The notes below the pieces were generated by a model that saw only the letters and a list, made by a program, of their open reading frames with translations, did no database searches and was not told the DNA's origin. DNA of 64,000 bases from Takakia lepidozioides (Eukaryota; Plantae; Bryophyta), in NCBI GenBank assembly GCA_030704615.1, contig CM060731.1:46066001-46130000 (forward strand). Direction: 5' to 3'. Positions 1 to 13,300 of the stretch are shown piece after piece; within the stretch, counting starts at the first letter, position 1, and every line of letters starts with the position of its first letter. The translations under genes were made by a program, and so were the position numbers.

Positions 1-135
1 TTGTGATGGTAATTGGAAAGAAGAGAGTACATAAGGTTTCCTCCTTGATCTTTGACTAATGCTTGTGCGGGATAAAAGAAGGGCCATATTATCCACAGAG
101 ACGAGCAGGCACCAAAGGGCGCGGGGTCGATTTGA

Positions 136-231
136 CTGTTTGGGATTGTTCGAGTAGAAGAAATTAAATTGACGGCCGATCTCCTGTTTGGGATTGTTCG
201 AGTAGAAGAAATTAAATTGACGGCCGATCTC
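136..231. repeat. Exact 48-bp tandem duplication
   Basis: ctgtttgggattgttcgagtagaagaaattaaattgacggccgatctc occurs at 136-183 and 184-231. Confidence 0.9.
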
Positions 232-3200
232 CTGGGCGGCTGGAGCAGCGTTTAACCCCTAAGCGTCAAAACGACCCAACTTGGGTCGGTTGGGTTTAGA
301 AAACAGGGCAGGTTATCCCTAAGGTTAAGCCTGATGTGGGCCCACATAGGCTCAATCGATTGGAAATCAAGTCAAGTATGATGTGGCATTGCCCAATTGG
401 TCATATGTACTGGCAATTGCCACGTGGAGAGCGTAGAGTCCGCCACACTCCTGATTTTGAGGCCACTTTCCACCATCTAACTTGCCCAAAGGATGACCTG
501 ACAACTAGGGTCCGGTTAGGGTGAAATTCCATGCACCCCCAAAGGGAGGGTGGTGCGTCTCCTAACACCTTTTATTGCGCCACTTACCCCCTAAATGGCA
601 CCCGCAGTCGACCTCCCTCGGAGATCTCCATGCCTAAGCTGGAATCAATGGCGATGGTAGCTCCAGGCGTGATTTGGTGTCAAACCTGTTGTTGTCGGAG
701 GGTGGGGGAGAGCGCGGGTGGAGACTCAATTGATGCGTGGCGGTGCGCACCTCGAGAGCGGCCTGGAGATGCTTATTCGACATTTTTTTTATTATCGCGT
801 TGATGAACCTGGGTGGGGGGGGGGTGGACATGCCTTGGGAAGGGTGGAGACCTAATCAATTTAGGGACGGTAGAATGAGGCACCCCCTAAAACCCTCCAC
901 AAGAGAGGGCTATTGGCCAAAAATTATAGGCCCACATAGGTGCAATTGCAAGTCTCATGGGCAAGGGGTAAAAAGACCTAGTAGGAGACTCAGATTGGCC
1001 CGAAATGTTTTTAGGGAAAACCCATACCCACCCACAACACTCCGCCATCATAGGCAAGCTGTAAACTGAACACCCAATCACCGAGGATCCCTTGTGCAAA
1101 GCACATAATTTTTGAAATCGCAGATGTATTATATATTGGTTATCAAAGTACATATTTTTTTTTTAGTCCAACTTTTTTTGGAAGGTGGACATCTTCATGA
1201 CACACCAAACGATGGTTTGAACCCACAACCACATCCAACGTGGTATGTGCCCATTACCACTGGGCTACATGCTGGTTGTCAAAGTACATATCATCCCACT
1301 TCTGCTGAGTAGGACGGTCCCTCCTGTAAAACCAATTAATATTTTTAATATTTGACGCATCCCGAAGGAAGCGTAAATTATGGTGTCTCTTCACCCAGAA
1401 GGCCCTCGATGGCATGTGTTGAGCAGTAGGCTCTGTAAATTAGGCTCTGTAAATTCAATGGACGCTAAAGAAACTTTATCTTATCTTATCTCTTTACATG
1501 CAAGTGTGTAAGAATATGAATACACTTATGCGAGAGTAGATTGTTGTGAAGGGGTGATTTTCCATAGCTTGGGGTGCCCTAGGCTCGACCCTTTTTGAGT
1601 GATGTAGAGGACATTAGTATTGAAGGGGGGGATAACATGGGATTGGATCATAGCTCTGTGGGAGCGGGAGATGGTTGAAGTGCTCAAGCGCATGGTCGGC
1701 TTGACCATGAAGTATTGGAGTCATTGGCTTCAATGAGTAGCTATACATCTCAGTCCGGACTCCGAGGATACAGCCTAGTCCCCCAAGTAGTGAGAGTTTC
1801 AGTATGAACCCTCAATATGAGCAAAACATTTTAGGTTCTTACTTATGTAGCGCTGAATCCTAGGTTGCTCTTCCATGTATCAAGATACGAAACATACATT
1901 TTGATCTTTCATGTATTTCATTTCGCACTACCTCACCCTCAATTCATGGTTGTTCATGGTGATGCTTTTTATGTAATGTTTGAGCCTGCTAAATCGTTGT
2001 GTATGAAGCAATGAGTGAATTATCCCAAGTAGTGGCGGATCTTCTCCCCGTAACCAACCCACGACGTGTTGAGAGCAACCACCCGACGTCAGCTTTGCGA
2101 CACTTGTGCGATGGTACCTGGGCTTTAAAACCCCCCCCCCCCCCCCCGTTTTCCTGTAAGTGGTTGTGATGGTGTGCTTCACAATGCGCAGAGCTACATT
2201 GTCGCTTGGAGGCGACCACCACCCATAGGGTGGTGGTGTCTCTGCATGCTAATGAGTAGGGGAAGGCTTTATTAGGCTGAATATGGACCATCAATTGAAC
2301 TTCACAAATTTAGACTATGGTTGATTTCTGGACAGGTTGACAAGTGGTTGAAGAGTGGTAATGGGCATATACCACCTCAAAAGTGGTTGTGGGTTCAATC
2401 TACCCTTGGTGTCACAAAGGTGTCCATCTTAGCGAAAAGGCATGGACGGTTTGAAGGTTTGAAGGCATATGTTGAAGGATTGAACCCGGATCACATAAGA
2501 GATCTCTCCGTCGTGCAGGCTGAACTCGAGACAGACGAGTCGCACGAGTGACGAGCGTGAGGATAAGATATTTCAGGTGTGAAGTTTAAATCTTGATACT
2601 TGATTTTGACAAAGACCTTTTTTTTTTTTTTTTTTTTTGGTGAAAGGGTTTGGAGCCCTTGTTAGCTTTATTTATAGTTATTGCAGGGAAAAAAATTAAA
2701 ACCCTTACATGCCCGTAGTCTGCCATGAGGCTTAACACAGGAGAACCATTTTCCAATGAAACATACATCCATTTATATAACAAAATCTAAACCAGAAGTG
2801 TACAGAAAAGAACAATAGTACAATTGGACCAGAAGTACAATTGAAATGTCCAATTTGATCTGTGACCATTTTATTATTGTCATTTTTGGAAAGAAAACAT
2901 AGGATAGAGGCTCTGGAGTGACTTTATTTGGGATTGACCAATTGAATTGCAAATTATTGTTTTATTACAAGGTCAATCTGATTTTTATTGTACATAGGTT
3001 AAGTTGTAGATTTCAGTGGATTGCTACTAAACTGTACACTGTGACTACATATGGTGGCATATGATAGTGATATGATTGTGAGATGAAAAGATAGATCAGT
3101 TAATGAATAATATTTATAATATCATTTAACGCCATAGCCTCCACTTCCACTTGTCTCTCGCTTCAGGACTACATTTTGGGGTTGGGGTTGGGGGTGCCTG

Positions 3201-4166
3201 CATCCATCCAGCCCACCATGCTCCTCTCTCGATACTTTATTTTCGTTTAAACTTTATTTAATTGGTTAGCACGGTATAGCATCAGTAAACTAGACACTTT
3301 CAAGTTACTGATGCAAGATAGTTGTGCGGACTTTGGTTGGGGCATCTCAGTGGGTATCAGAGGTATGGTGCAGGATGATGCAGCATATTCTTGGCAAAAT
3401 GCTCTACTTCTGACTTTCCTCCTTTACTTGGCAATGCAAAAAAGCCAAGAAAAAGCTTGGAATCCAGGTTCTACTCTACACACATGATGATGATCTCACT
3501 ACAAAACATTGGGGGTCTAGTGCTTGGTATTTGACACTTAGTGAGATTGTTGGCATGCAACTGGCTACACAACCAAGGGTGAACTCTCTGCAGTGAAGAC
3601 ACTGAAACTCTTAAACAACCTTCTTTCTAGTCTAAATCCCGAGTGCTTTGCTACATTTGGATTTCATTTTGAAGTTTGTTCAAGCTGGGATACAAACATG
3701 AATTCACATATAATTGCTGTGTTGCTGTGTGCCATGGTCTTGCATACGCAGTGTGCGTTACTGGAATCGGAAACCTTCAAGAAGATAAGATAGAGTAACC
3801 TCCTTTGCTTGCTCAGATGATAGTGGCTTCAGGAGAAACTTATCAAGGGAGCAGGTAAGAGGAGGCTCATGCCTCATCAAAAAGCTATTTGGTGGTAATT
3901 GCAACTTGTAAGGACCATCACACCTTAACAGCTAGCAACAAATAGTCTAAAACCGTGTTTGCTTACAACACACGGTGTTTGCTGCAACCCTGTTGGTTTA
4001 TGAACACTAGCCTCATACTCATAATTCTCTTTGAAACCATTGGTGATCTCTCTAATGGGACCTCAAAAAGGCCACTCTTGCAGTTTGCTATTACATACAT
4101 GTGCAATGTGGAGATATCAACAAAGAGAGATGAGGAGGAGAGGGGTAGAAGGTGAAATGCATCAGT

Positions 4167-4383
4167 TTAACTTGCTTGTGCCAAGGTTCGGGGGTTTTTG
4201 AGACAGCCAGGGGGCTTGAGTATGTGCTCTCGCCAACCTGCATCACCAGGCTGTACCGTGTGGCGGCATAGTGGGCATCGAACAAACTTGTGTTGCTTGG
4301 ACCTCCGACAATCTTTGCTCTTTTGGTGTGCTGGCAACCGTAGTTCTGCGACCGCCAGGTAACATCTCTGACACTCCACATGC
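4167..4383 (-). CDS. CEP104: CEP104-like terminal exon
   Basis: cag|g HVECQRC..RCPLCRH..WREHILKPPGCLKNPRT..TAA. Confidence 0.85.
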
Positions 4384-7300
4384 CTGCACAGTTATATGTT
4401 GGTCCCATCAAGTTGAGATGATGAAATGGCAGTCCACCTTCAAATCCTACACCAAAAGTTCTTGAGCTGCATGATGAAATCTGTGCATCGGCATTGCCTA
4501 GCTGGCCTCAGGCACAAACATCAAAGCAAAACATGTAGCTTACTTTTCCTTTAGTGATTTCAAAAAAATCTCCTGCGGTACAAGTTCCTCGAAGGACTGT
4601 TACAGATTTTGTGTGGGCCAACAATGGAAGTTGATGCTCATCAGGTCAGCAAGTCTCAGGTCTCAGGTCTCACTTGGACAGAATTCTTTTCAGTGATAAT
4701 GTCTGATCTCATTGAAAATTAAAACAGGTGTCCACATTTAACATAAGCTGATAATGGTCAATGATGGATGATTGGCTGGCTCACCATCCATATCCTCATG
4801 CGACCATTGTACATCACTTTAATTGATTGTTGTGTACTTTCTTTTATTCATCTTTCTCAAACTGGCTTTGCGGTGAGGTGGAGGCTGAGAACCCCACAGA
4901 TTCCAATGCACACATGTGTTTGCTGAAGGTCCAAAAATAAGCCACAATGGACACACAGACTCACCAGCAGCTGGGGAGAAAATACATACTGGATTGATGT
5001 GACATACTTGTCACATCTTACAATATACCTGTTGTACGTTCTTCCAAACCACATTCCCACTCAGAGAAGGGCTGCGAGGGGGATACTCAGAATACTGGAT
5101 ATGTAACCTTACCTTTTCTTGGACGCACATTCAAACAACAAATGGTCTTTCAGAGAAGAGATCTCAACAATTTGCCGGCAATTGCTGCAGCTCACAAGCA
5201 TGGGACACTTCTGGCAGAAATGGAGGTCCAAATTATCCCCTTCCAGAAATCGTGTATCTTGTTTGCCACAAAAGAGGCATGAGTCAGCGCTGTCGTCCTT
5301 GTCCATTCCCAATGCATCATCCTCTCCCTGTCCACCAATTTGACTACAACCAACTTATTTTCAAGATTAGTGCAAAAATATAATCTGCTCACAGTGACAA
5401 ATTCGATTACTCATGGAGCCTCAGTTATGTGCAGCGAGAACCCTGTCCAACCTGTCAGGAATTGAAGGTGAGAAGGTGTACTCCTATGTCTGAGACAGTC
5501 CCAGAAACTTGAACCCTAAGCACCTAGAACACAGGAGCAGGCTATGACCAGTTCTTTTGGTCAATTTAAGCTCATTAAAACACCAATTCCCATAAAAAAA
5601 GGCCTTCATGACATTGCCATTTGGAAAAACCAGTGTGGCAAGAGCTCTCCAAACTATGAAAAACTGGAATATTTCACAACACCTCATACATCTAAAATGC
5701 ATGACACACATGAGGTCCTTCTGGAGATGTCAGCCACATGTGTTCGTAAGGGAGAAACTAGTGGGGACAGGTAGATTTTTCTTACAATTAGAGGAGTCCA
5801 ATATAGCCCAATATCTGGACATTGGATAGTCACAATAAAGTACCAAGCAGACTAAAGTGTTTGAATAAAATATAGGCAAGGCAATGCTAAAGCAAATATG
5901 GGCAAGCCATGGATAGAGCAGAACTTAATGCAGATCATTCAGAATGTACTTTCGAGGTGGTTAAGGAAGGGGATAGAGCATTCCCCCTTATTATCATTCT
6001 CTTGTGTCAGCCCAAGAGCAGTGGACAGTTATCTCCTTGCTTGTTATGGGCCTTGGCATGATACACACACATAAAGTGGCATATAAGGTTCATATATCAG
6101 CTTGTAAGGGGATGCCATAAATATCAAGTATTTTGCACTAGTAAAGTTAGGAGGCATCAGTGAAGTGGAATATTTTTTTATTGGGCTGCATACCTGAGGA
6201 GCATCATTTGTCAAGTCCAAGGAGGCCTCTCCTTCCAACCATTGGTTTTGTTGCAACACACAATTTGAGTTCAAAACAGTCCCATTCACACTTGCAAGCT
6301 CTCCACTTTGTGATCCACCCTGTGACTGTACCAATGCCAGCAGTCAACACCTCACCTAAAGGACAAGGTTCTCAGTTTGGGTGCCTCACCTCTCTCCCTT
6401 CCAATACTCCTTTGCTGCTCACTTTGCTTCTACTTAAACAATGAGGTGAAAGAACGTCATCGAAAATTCTGATCACCCTAGTTGTCAAGAATGTAGCATC
6501 TAGACAGTCTGGATAAGAGTTTTTATAATGACAAGAAAGTAGTATCCTCTTCACGAAAAACAAGTAATCAGATGCTGTGTTGTCCCCAGATCATGTACTC
6601 GCCTATTGTAGGCCCTTGAGAAATGACATTTTAAGCACCAAAATTCACAAACGCTTAGCATTGTCATCTCTGGCAAGACAATAGCTTACAATACGTATGC
6701 TGAAAGAAGGCATATGCTAACCTCAGATACAAAAGAGGTATTATCTTCACAGCCTTCCTGTGAGTTTTGTTGGCTTGATTGAGAGAGCTGTTGAACAATT
6801 GGCATCTCACATCCTTTCTCTGCAGTCACTTCCAGCCCTGACTGTGCTGCCAGGAGAGAGACAAAAACAATTCAGACATTGAAAACGTTCCTCATCTCCC
6901 TTGAGTATATTAACGGGTAGAGCTCTCAATCACTGAGAGGGGACTCCCAACGTTTTAGGATGCCCGTCCCCAGAGAGCCATCCCTCTAGAGAATCTTGAG
7001 TTACCCACACATAACAACTACATCAGAATGGAATATCAAAAGTGACAAAATGCTTTAGGTGCAAAAGTTACCATCCAGAGCAGTCATCCTATATCAGAAG
7101 TAGAACATCAAAAGTTGTAGCAAGTGCTTAGGGCAGCCAATGGCAAAAAACTGTAATGTGAAGGGACAGTCATGGTAAGGAGCACACAAACCTGTGAAAG
7201 CAATTCTCTCTTCATCTCTCCCCTGCAGTCCTGGCTCTATCCCTCGCTACTTACCCATTCTCCTTCCTCCTCCTGCAGTGGCATGTTTTGAAGTGTGTTT

Positions 7301-10300
7301 CCAGAAAATAACCTCCCTCTCAACAAAAAGGAAGTCCTATACCTGGGCTGAAGTGCTTGAAGATCTTGTTGATTTGCTGGAGCTCCTGATAGTGTGTCCA
7401 CGGCCCTTGTCATGGCCATTGGCAAGTTCCTCAGGTTGCTCATCAACCATGGAGTGAAGCCCCAAACTTTTAGATCTTTTAGAGGACCCCACAGGTGTGT
7501 CATCAAAGCTGAACGGCATCAACTTTGTAGGGACTCTGAGACTAGGTAGCAGGTCATCTGAGGAAGCTCGGTCTCCTCCAGGATGACTCTCGTCCAATTT
7601 TTCAGTTTCATGCGTCACTTTTCCCACCACATGCTTAGATCTTTTGGAGGTTCCCACAAGCTTCTCATCAAAACTGAACTGCATCATTTTTTGAGGGCAT
7701 CTGAGAATAGGCATTGGGCCATCAGAGGAAGACGGATCCCCACCAGGACAGTGGTTCTCCAGTTTTTGGGTTTCATGCGCCACTCTTTCAAAATTACCTG
7801 TCAAAACCTGCACTTAGAAATCATGCCAAACCCATGAACCATGTTATTGTGGATCTGCAATCATTGAGCTTTCAATCGAAGAACTTTGACTCAACGGTCA
7901 CATGGTCGACACACCTCTGAAACGATTAAGGTTGAAGGAGGGAAACCAACCTCATGAATAACAGGTCTGACGCCTTTTAAGTACTTCTCAACAGGTGCCC
8001 CCATCAGTCTGTAGACCTCTGTTGTCACCTTCACAGCTGCATTCCTCACGTCTCCGTTGGGACTATTGAATGCCTGGCCCACAAAAGACATGAGAGCCTC
8101 TGACGGAAACCCCATGCGATTTGGAGGTTGTAATCCATATGCAGGTATTGCAGCTAGAAGCAACTGCAGGCGCCCCAAGACTGGCCTCCATATCCCCTGG
8201 CCACGTATACAGTCTGGTCAGTGCCCCAACACATGCCCTCTTGGAAAGCATAAAAATCACTGTAACTTTTTTGGAGAGGTTCAAGACAATGCCCAAAGCT
8301 CTGGCCCTTTGGGGATTTTCTTGTTGGGTGGTTGGGCAGATCTAATCAATGCTGTGGCTCATTCATTGATTTTTGAGACAATCTGGAAAACCACAATTAA
8401 GTTCAATTTTACACCAAGTCCACTGGAGGGAGCCTCCTGCAACATGCATGCGATTGACCAGTGTCTGAACATAGCAGACAAAGGAGAAGGTGGGGCCAGG
8501 AGAGAGCAGATTGGAGGCACTATGATCACTAGGGGGACATAATAGTCAAACATATGGAGGTCTCAAGACGTCCCTCATGGCTGAAGAGCTCATTTTACAC
8601 AGACTCCAGATTGATGGCTTAGAGAAGCCACACCCATCAGTCATCAGAGTCCACAGGGATGAATTAGCCATCATCAGCCATAAACTCAATATTGTACTGT
8701 GGATTCAAGCCATTGAATCAACATCATGCACCTTCAATCCGCTTAGAAGCATTACGGACTCTGAGATTATGTCCAGATTGGTAGATCCTTTTACCTGGCA
8801 GGCTAGCATCTAGATAACACTCCCTCAAACATAAGGAGGAAGGAGTAAAGGAATTCCATTCCTTTGCCAAGTACTTGACGTCGTTAACGAAAAAGCTGTT
8901 AGGAGACTTGCATACATACATATGCTTCCTGAAGCTAACCTTACCTGTACACAAGCATAGACGTTCTTGTGGAATGTACCTGATTTTTCGTTGGTCGCAG
9001 TAGTGGAACAGAAACAATATGAAGACCAATCTCCTTCTTGGATGCAAGAAACATTAGCGATTCTGAAGAAGCCTCCCTTGAGCGTGCATTTGAGTCTCCT
9101 AATTTTTCCAGAAGAATGTTGACCAAATCGCTCATACAATTCTGGAGGTCTCTGCTCGGCACTTCAGATGAGTACCTTGTCACAAAGGCACGTAACAACT
9201 GCAGAGGAGAACCACTGTTTCAAGATATAGCTCAATAGCCATCTTCACTGATTGTGCATCCAAGAATGAAAGACATTACACAAATGAGAGAAAAATAAAC
9301 AAAAGAAGAATTAGAAGAAAAAGAAGACATTAATACAGACTGGAGGGCCTCTGGCTGGGAACAAGAGATCCAAGCTGGAGAGCGTGGAGGTAGGTGTCTA
9401 GGAGATCGTCAAAATCAAAACTCTGCCAGGTTCCACTGGTTTTTGTCAAAAAAAGCTCAGATACTTCATGCCTCGTGCATGGACGAGAGAAAGAAAGAGA
9501 AAAATTGTGTACAACGTCCAACTTGAGGGAGAGAGAGAGTTGACCTGCATAGAACTATTAAACACGTTTGCGACTCTGTCATTAAGAGCTCGAATCAGCA
9601 CCTTGTGCAACACTCTGTTGACAACAGCACCCCTCAACACACCATCATTATTGAAGTCATCCAAGAGTTCAATATCAAACTAACCGTCAGAAAGTTGTTT
9701 TGGGGACTGTAGAAGATGGGACCAAACCTTCCATAGCATTACAGAGACGATAAACATGCTAAGACCCCAATGTGCTTGACTTGCACAACATACTTCAACT
9801 TCCTGACCCTTCATTTTTTCCAGAATATCAGATCGTTAGTCTAAAAATAGCTGCATTTCATAGGCACTTACAAAAATTAAACACATCTCAAATACAGTCA
9901 CAAATGCCACAACTGGCAGGCTATGTTTGAATCAAATGACTTTTTCTGTCTGTTCCTGAAATGATCATTTCTTTGATCATTTCTTGCCCTCACAACATCT
10001 ATGAGGCTCAAAGCTGCAGGTTTCAGGAACTCCTGGTATGCTCGAGTGGACAGTTTATTTCAACGTAACGGACTTTCTACTGCTTTCCTATTACCAATGA
10101 ACCCAGATGAGGTGGACATCACATCCAGACATGACCGCAACAGACTCATTCGGAGAGAGCTTATGGAATTACATGTCAAGAGAACTTGGATGCTACCCAA
10201 TCTCACTACAAAGCTCCACTTCTATCGAGAGACATTCTTGGTGCTCCGCGATGATAGAATCTTGAGACCAAATTACCTTTCAGCACCCTTATCTCCTTCC

Positions 10301-13300
10301 CTCTTGAGGGCATTGGGGCGGTTCAGGGTGGGTTCCCACAACCTACGGATAGATTGTACTCATAAGACGTTGTTTGCCGTAGCCTTGTGGCCATTGACCC
10401 CGCGCCCAGTTTGAGCGGGAACAAAAGGGACAGAACCTACCTCTGTCAGGGGCTGACGTTGGTAGTAAGACTTACCTTCATATATAGAATTAATCCGGGT
10501 TTTCCAGATATCCTCTAGAAATCCCTTCACACAAGCATCAATCTGCTGTGTGTGATTTGCCCAAAAACTAGGCCTCAGGAGGGCCTGGGCTTTTGGCTCA
10601 GCCTCGAGACTTTCAAAGTTGGTAAACAGGGGTACAGGCACAATTCCCTTGAAGAGAGCGTCTCTTTGGTGAGAGAACCCCGGACAGTGTATCAGAAAAA
10701 GAATACTGTCTTCAGATTGGCCACACAACGGGCAATTGCACTCTCCCTTTCCTCTCTGCTTCTGTTTGCTGTTCAAAGGTAGGCTTCCTGCCCTGAGTTT
10801 AAATTGCAGTCTAGTGCCGAGAGTGGGTAGACCCTTGAGGTCATCCAAGATGTCCTCCCCCATGTCACAGACTGGAAACAAGTTCAGGGAAGTTTTCTGC
10901 CTAACTTCATTTTCATCAGACAATCTCATGGCAACAGGCATGGCTGAGGACACTACAGCCTCTAAGTCAGATTTATCCAGCAGGGTCAAGACTTGCGGAT
11001 CCAGGTCCAGGTCCTTGAGGATCTCTTCTACTCTCTTCTGCCAGGACTTAGCCTGTTTGACAGGGCGGTCCTGTTTCCAAGATATAGAGTCGATTAACTT
11101 AGGATATCTGGTGTTGGGCATATGTTGCAGCTGACCCCACCATCTGACCTTGAATTCATCTCGTCGGGAGCTTAAGGACGGAATGCCAAACTCACCCCAA
11201 ACAGCCACATTGGCTGTTTTGGAGCATGCTGACATACACTCCTTAAGCACCCCCACTTGAATGGATTCTAGAGACTTAGCCTGGTTGGAGTTATCAACCC
11301 ATATAGCAGATCCGTACTCCACGGATAGAGACTGGCAGATGGGAAAACCTGCAACGGGAGGACCGCCTATGTCCAGCTTGCATAGGGCGCAGCAAGGAAA
11401 TTGAAACTGAAGAACACTTCTTCTTCTACTGCCCTCTATACTACGAGATCCGTGGGAGATTTCACTGTTTATTCAGTGGAACCCAAACTCTCACTGATGT
11501 CTTTCACTATGAGGATCAAAAATGCGTGGCAGCCTACCTACACGAGGCCTTCACCCTTAGACAATCGCTAGAACATTAATTGTGGTTTCTGGATTTGTTC
11601 CTCTCTCATGTTTTCTTCCATTTTGTCCCATAAGCTCTACGAGCTTTCCGCGGACGTTATAAAGCACCATTTCATTTCATTTCTTTCAATTCATAGTACA
11701 TGACTCCAAACAACCTTCAGAGTGTGAAACAATATGTCAATGTCACACCCCTTTTTACAAGCTGGTAACCCACTAGGGTCTGTGGTCGGTACTCAGTGCC
11801 AGCAGGTTGGTGGTGATGGTTGATTTGAACAAACCTGAAAGCAGAAAGCGCGTCACCTGCAAACTGCTTGGACTTCACTTCCTGTATAATAAATTGAAGG
11901 GCTTTCTCACGCAGCTGCCATTGTTTACTGTGCAAGCATTCCACATAGTACAGGTCTAGTATTGCCAAGAGAGGTCCAGCCTCACTCATCACTGCCTCAG
12001 TGAGGGGTTCTGGTGTAAGTAGATCCTCAGGAGAGGGACGGGTGCGTGGTGGGTGCATTGCTGGCGCCCCCTTCTGATTTGAGAATGTCGCTGATATTTT
12101 TGGAAGCTTAGCTGGTGATTCACTCTGGTTGGAGAATGGTGGTAACATTGTGAGATGCATCTCAGGTGCTCCATCCTCATTGGAGAATATGGGTGCCATT
12201 GGTGGAAGCATCTCTGGTGACTCATCCTGATTGGAAAATGTGGTTGCCGTTGTAGAAATAATCTCTGGTGGCCCATTCTGATTGGAAAATGTTGTTGCCA
12301 TTGTTGAAAGGGTGCCTGTTGGATGGTTGTGATTGGGCAGTGTAGATGCAATTGACAAGAGTGTAGTTGGCGAGTCATTCTGGTTTGGGAAGGTTGAAAC
12401 CATAGTTGGAAGTATGGTCGGAGAACCGTTCCGATTAGAGAACATTTGCACCATTGTTGGATTCATGCCTGTCGAAAAATCCTGCATGGAGAACATTGCT
12501 GGTGCTGTGCTGTGATTGGAGATAGATGGCACTGTGGTTACTGGTACTACTGCTGGAAGGGCTGATGGTGGCACATTCTGATTGGGAAAGGTTGGTGTAA
12601 TCTCTGGGAGCATGGATGCTGGCCCATTCTGAGTGGAAAACATCCCTACTATTGCTGGAAGCATGGTTGTTGGCCCATTTTTGTTGGAGAATGTTGGTGC
12701 AACTGTTGGATACATTGGTAGCAGTCCATTCTGACTGGAAAATGCTGGCGTCATTGTCGGAAGCATGGTTGTTGGCCCATTTTGATTCAGTGGTGTTGGG
12801 GCCATCGAGAACATTGATGCCATGGTTGAGTGTGTGGTTGGTAGCTCACTCTCATTACAGTATGCTGCTGCAATTGTTGAAAGGGTGGGTGCTGGTCCAC
12901 TTAAATTGGAGAATGTCATTCCCATTGATGGAAGCCTGCCCGGCGGCCCATTCTGATGTGAGGATGTTCGCACCATTGTTTGAAGCATGGCCAAGGGCCC
13001 ATTCTGATTGGAGAATGTTGGTGCCATCGTCGGAAGCGCTTGTGGCCTAATCTGATTACAGTATGCAGGTGCCATTGCTGGAAATACTGTTGCCGACATG
13101 TTCTGACAGGGGAATGCTGGTGGGACTGGTTCACTCATCGCTGCAGGTAACAAGTTGGGTGCTGTCATAGCTGGTATAAATGGGTCTGGAAAAACAGTAA
13201 AGACAAGATGTTAAGTCAAAGGTAATCACTTGACAGAAAACCAACTTGCCTGGAAATCTTAATAGTTGTCCAAAAGACACTATGATAAGACGCATGAGCT

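Noticed and set aside
2321-2640. Possible gag remnant (YVEGLNP..IRD) and a poly-T LINE tail
   Set aside because: Too short and degenerate to support without a search.
10001-10414. Novel protein ending DCTHKTLFAVALWPLTPRPV, shared with ORF 27387-29015
   Set aside because: Read-through of the family B ORF into antisense family A sequence.
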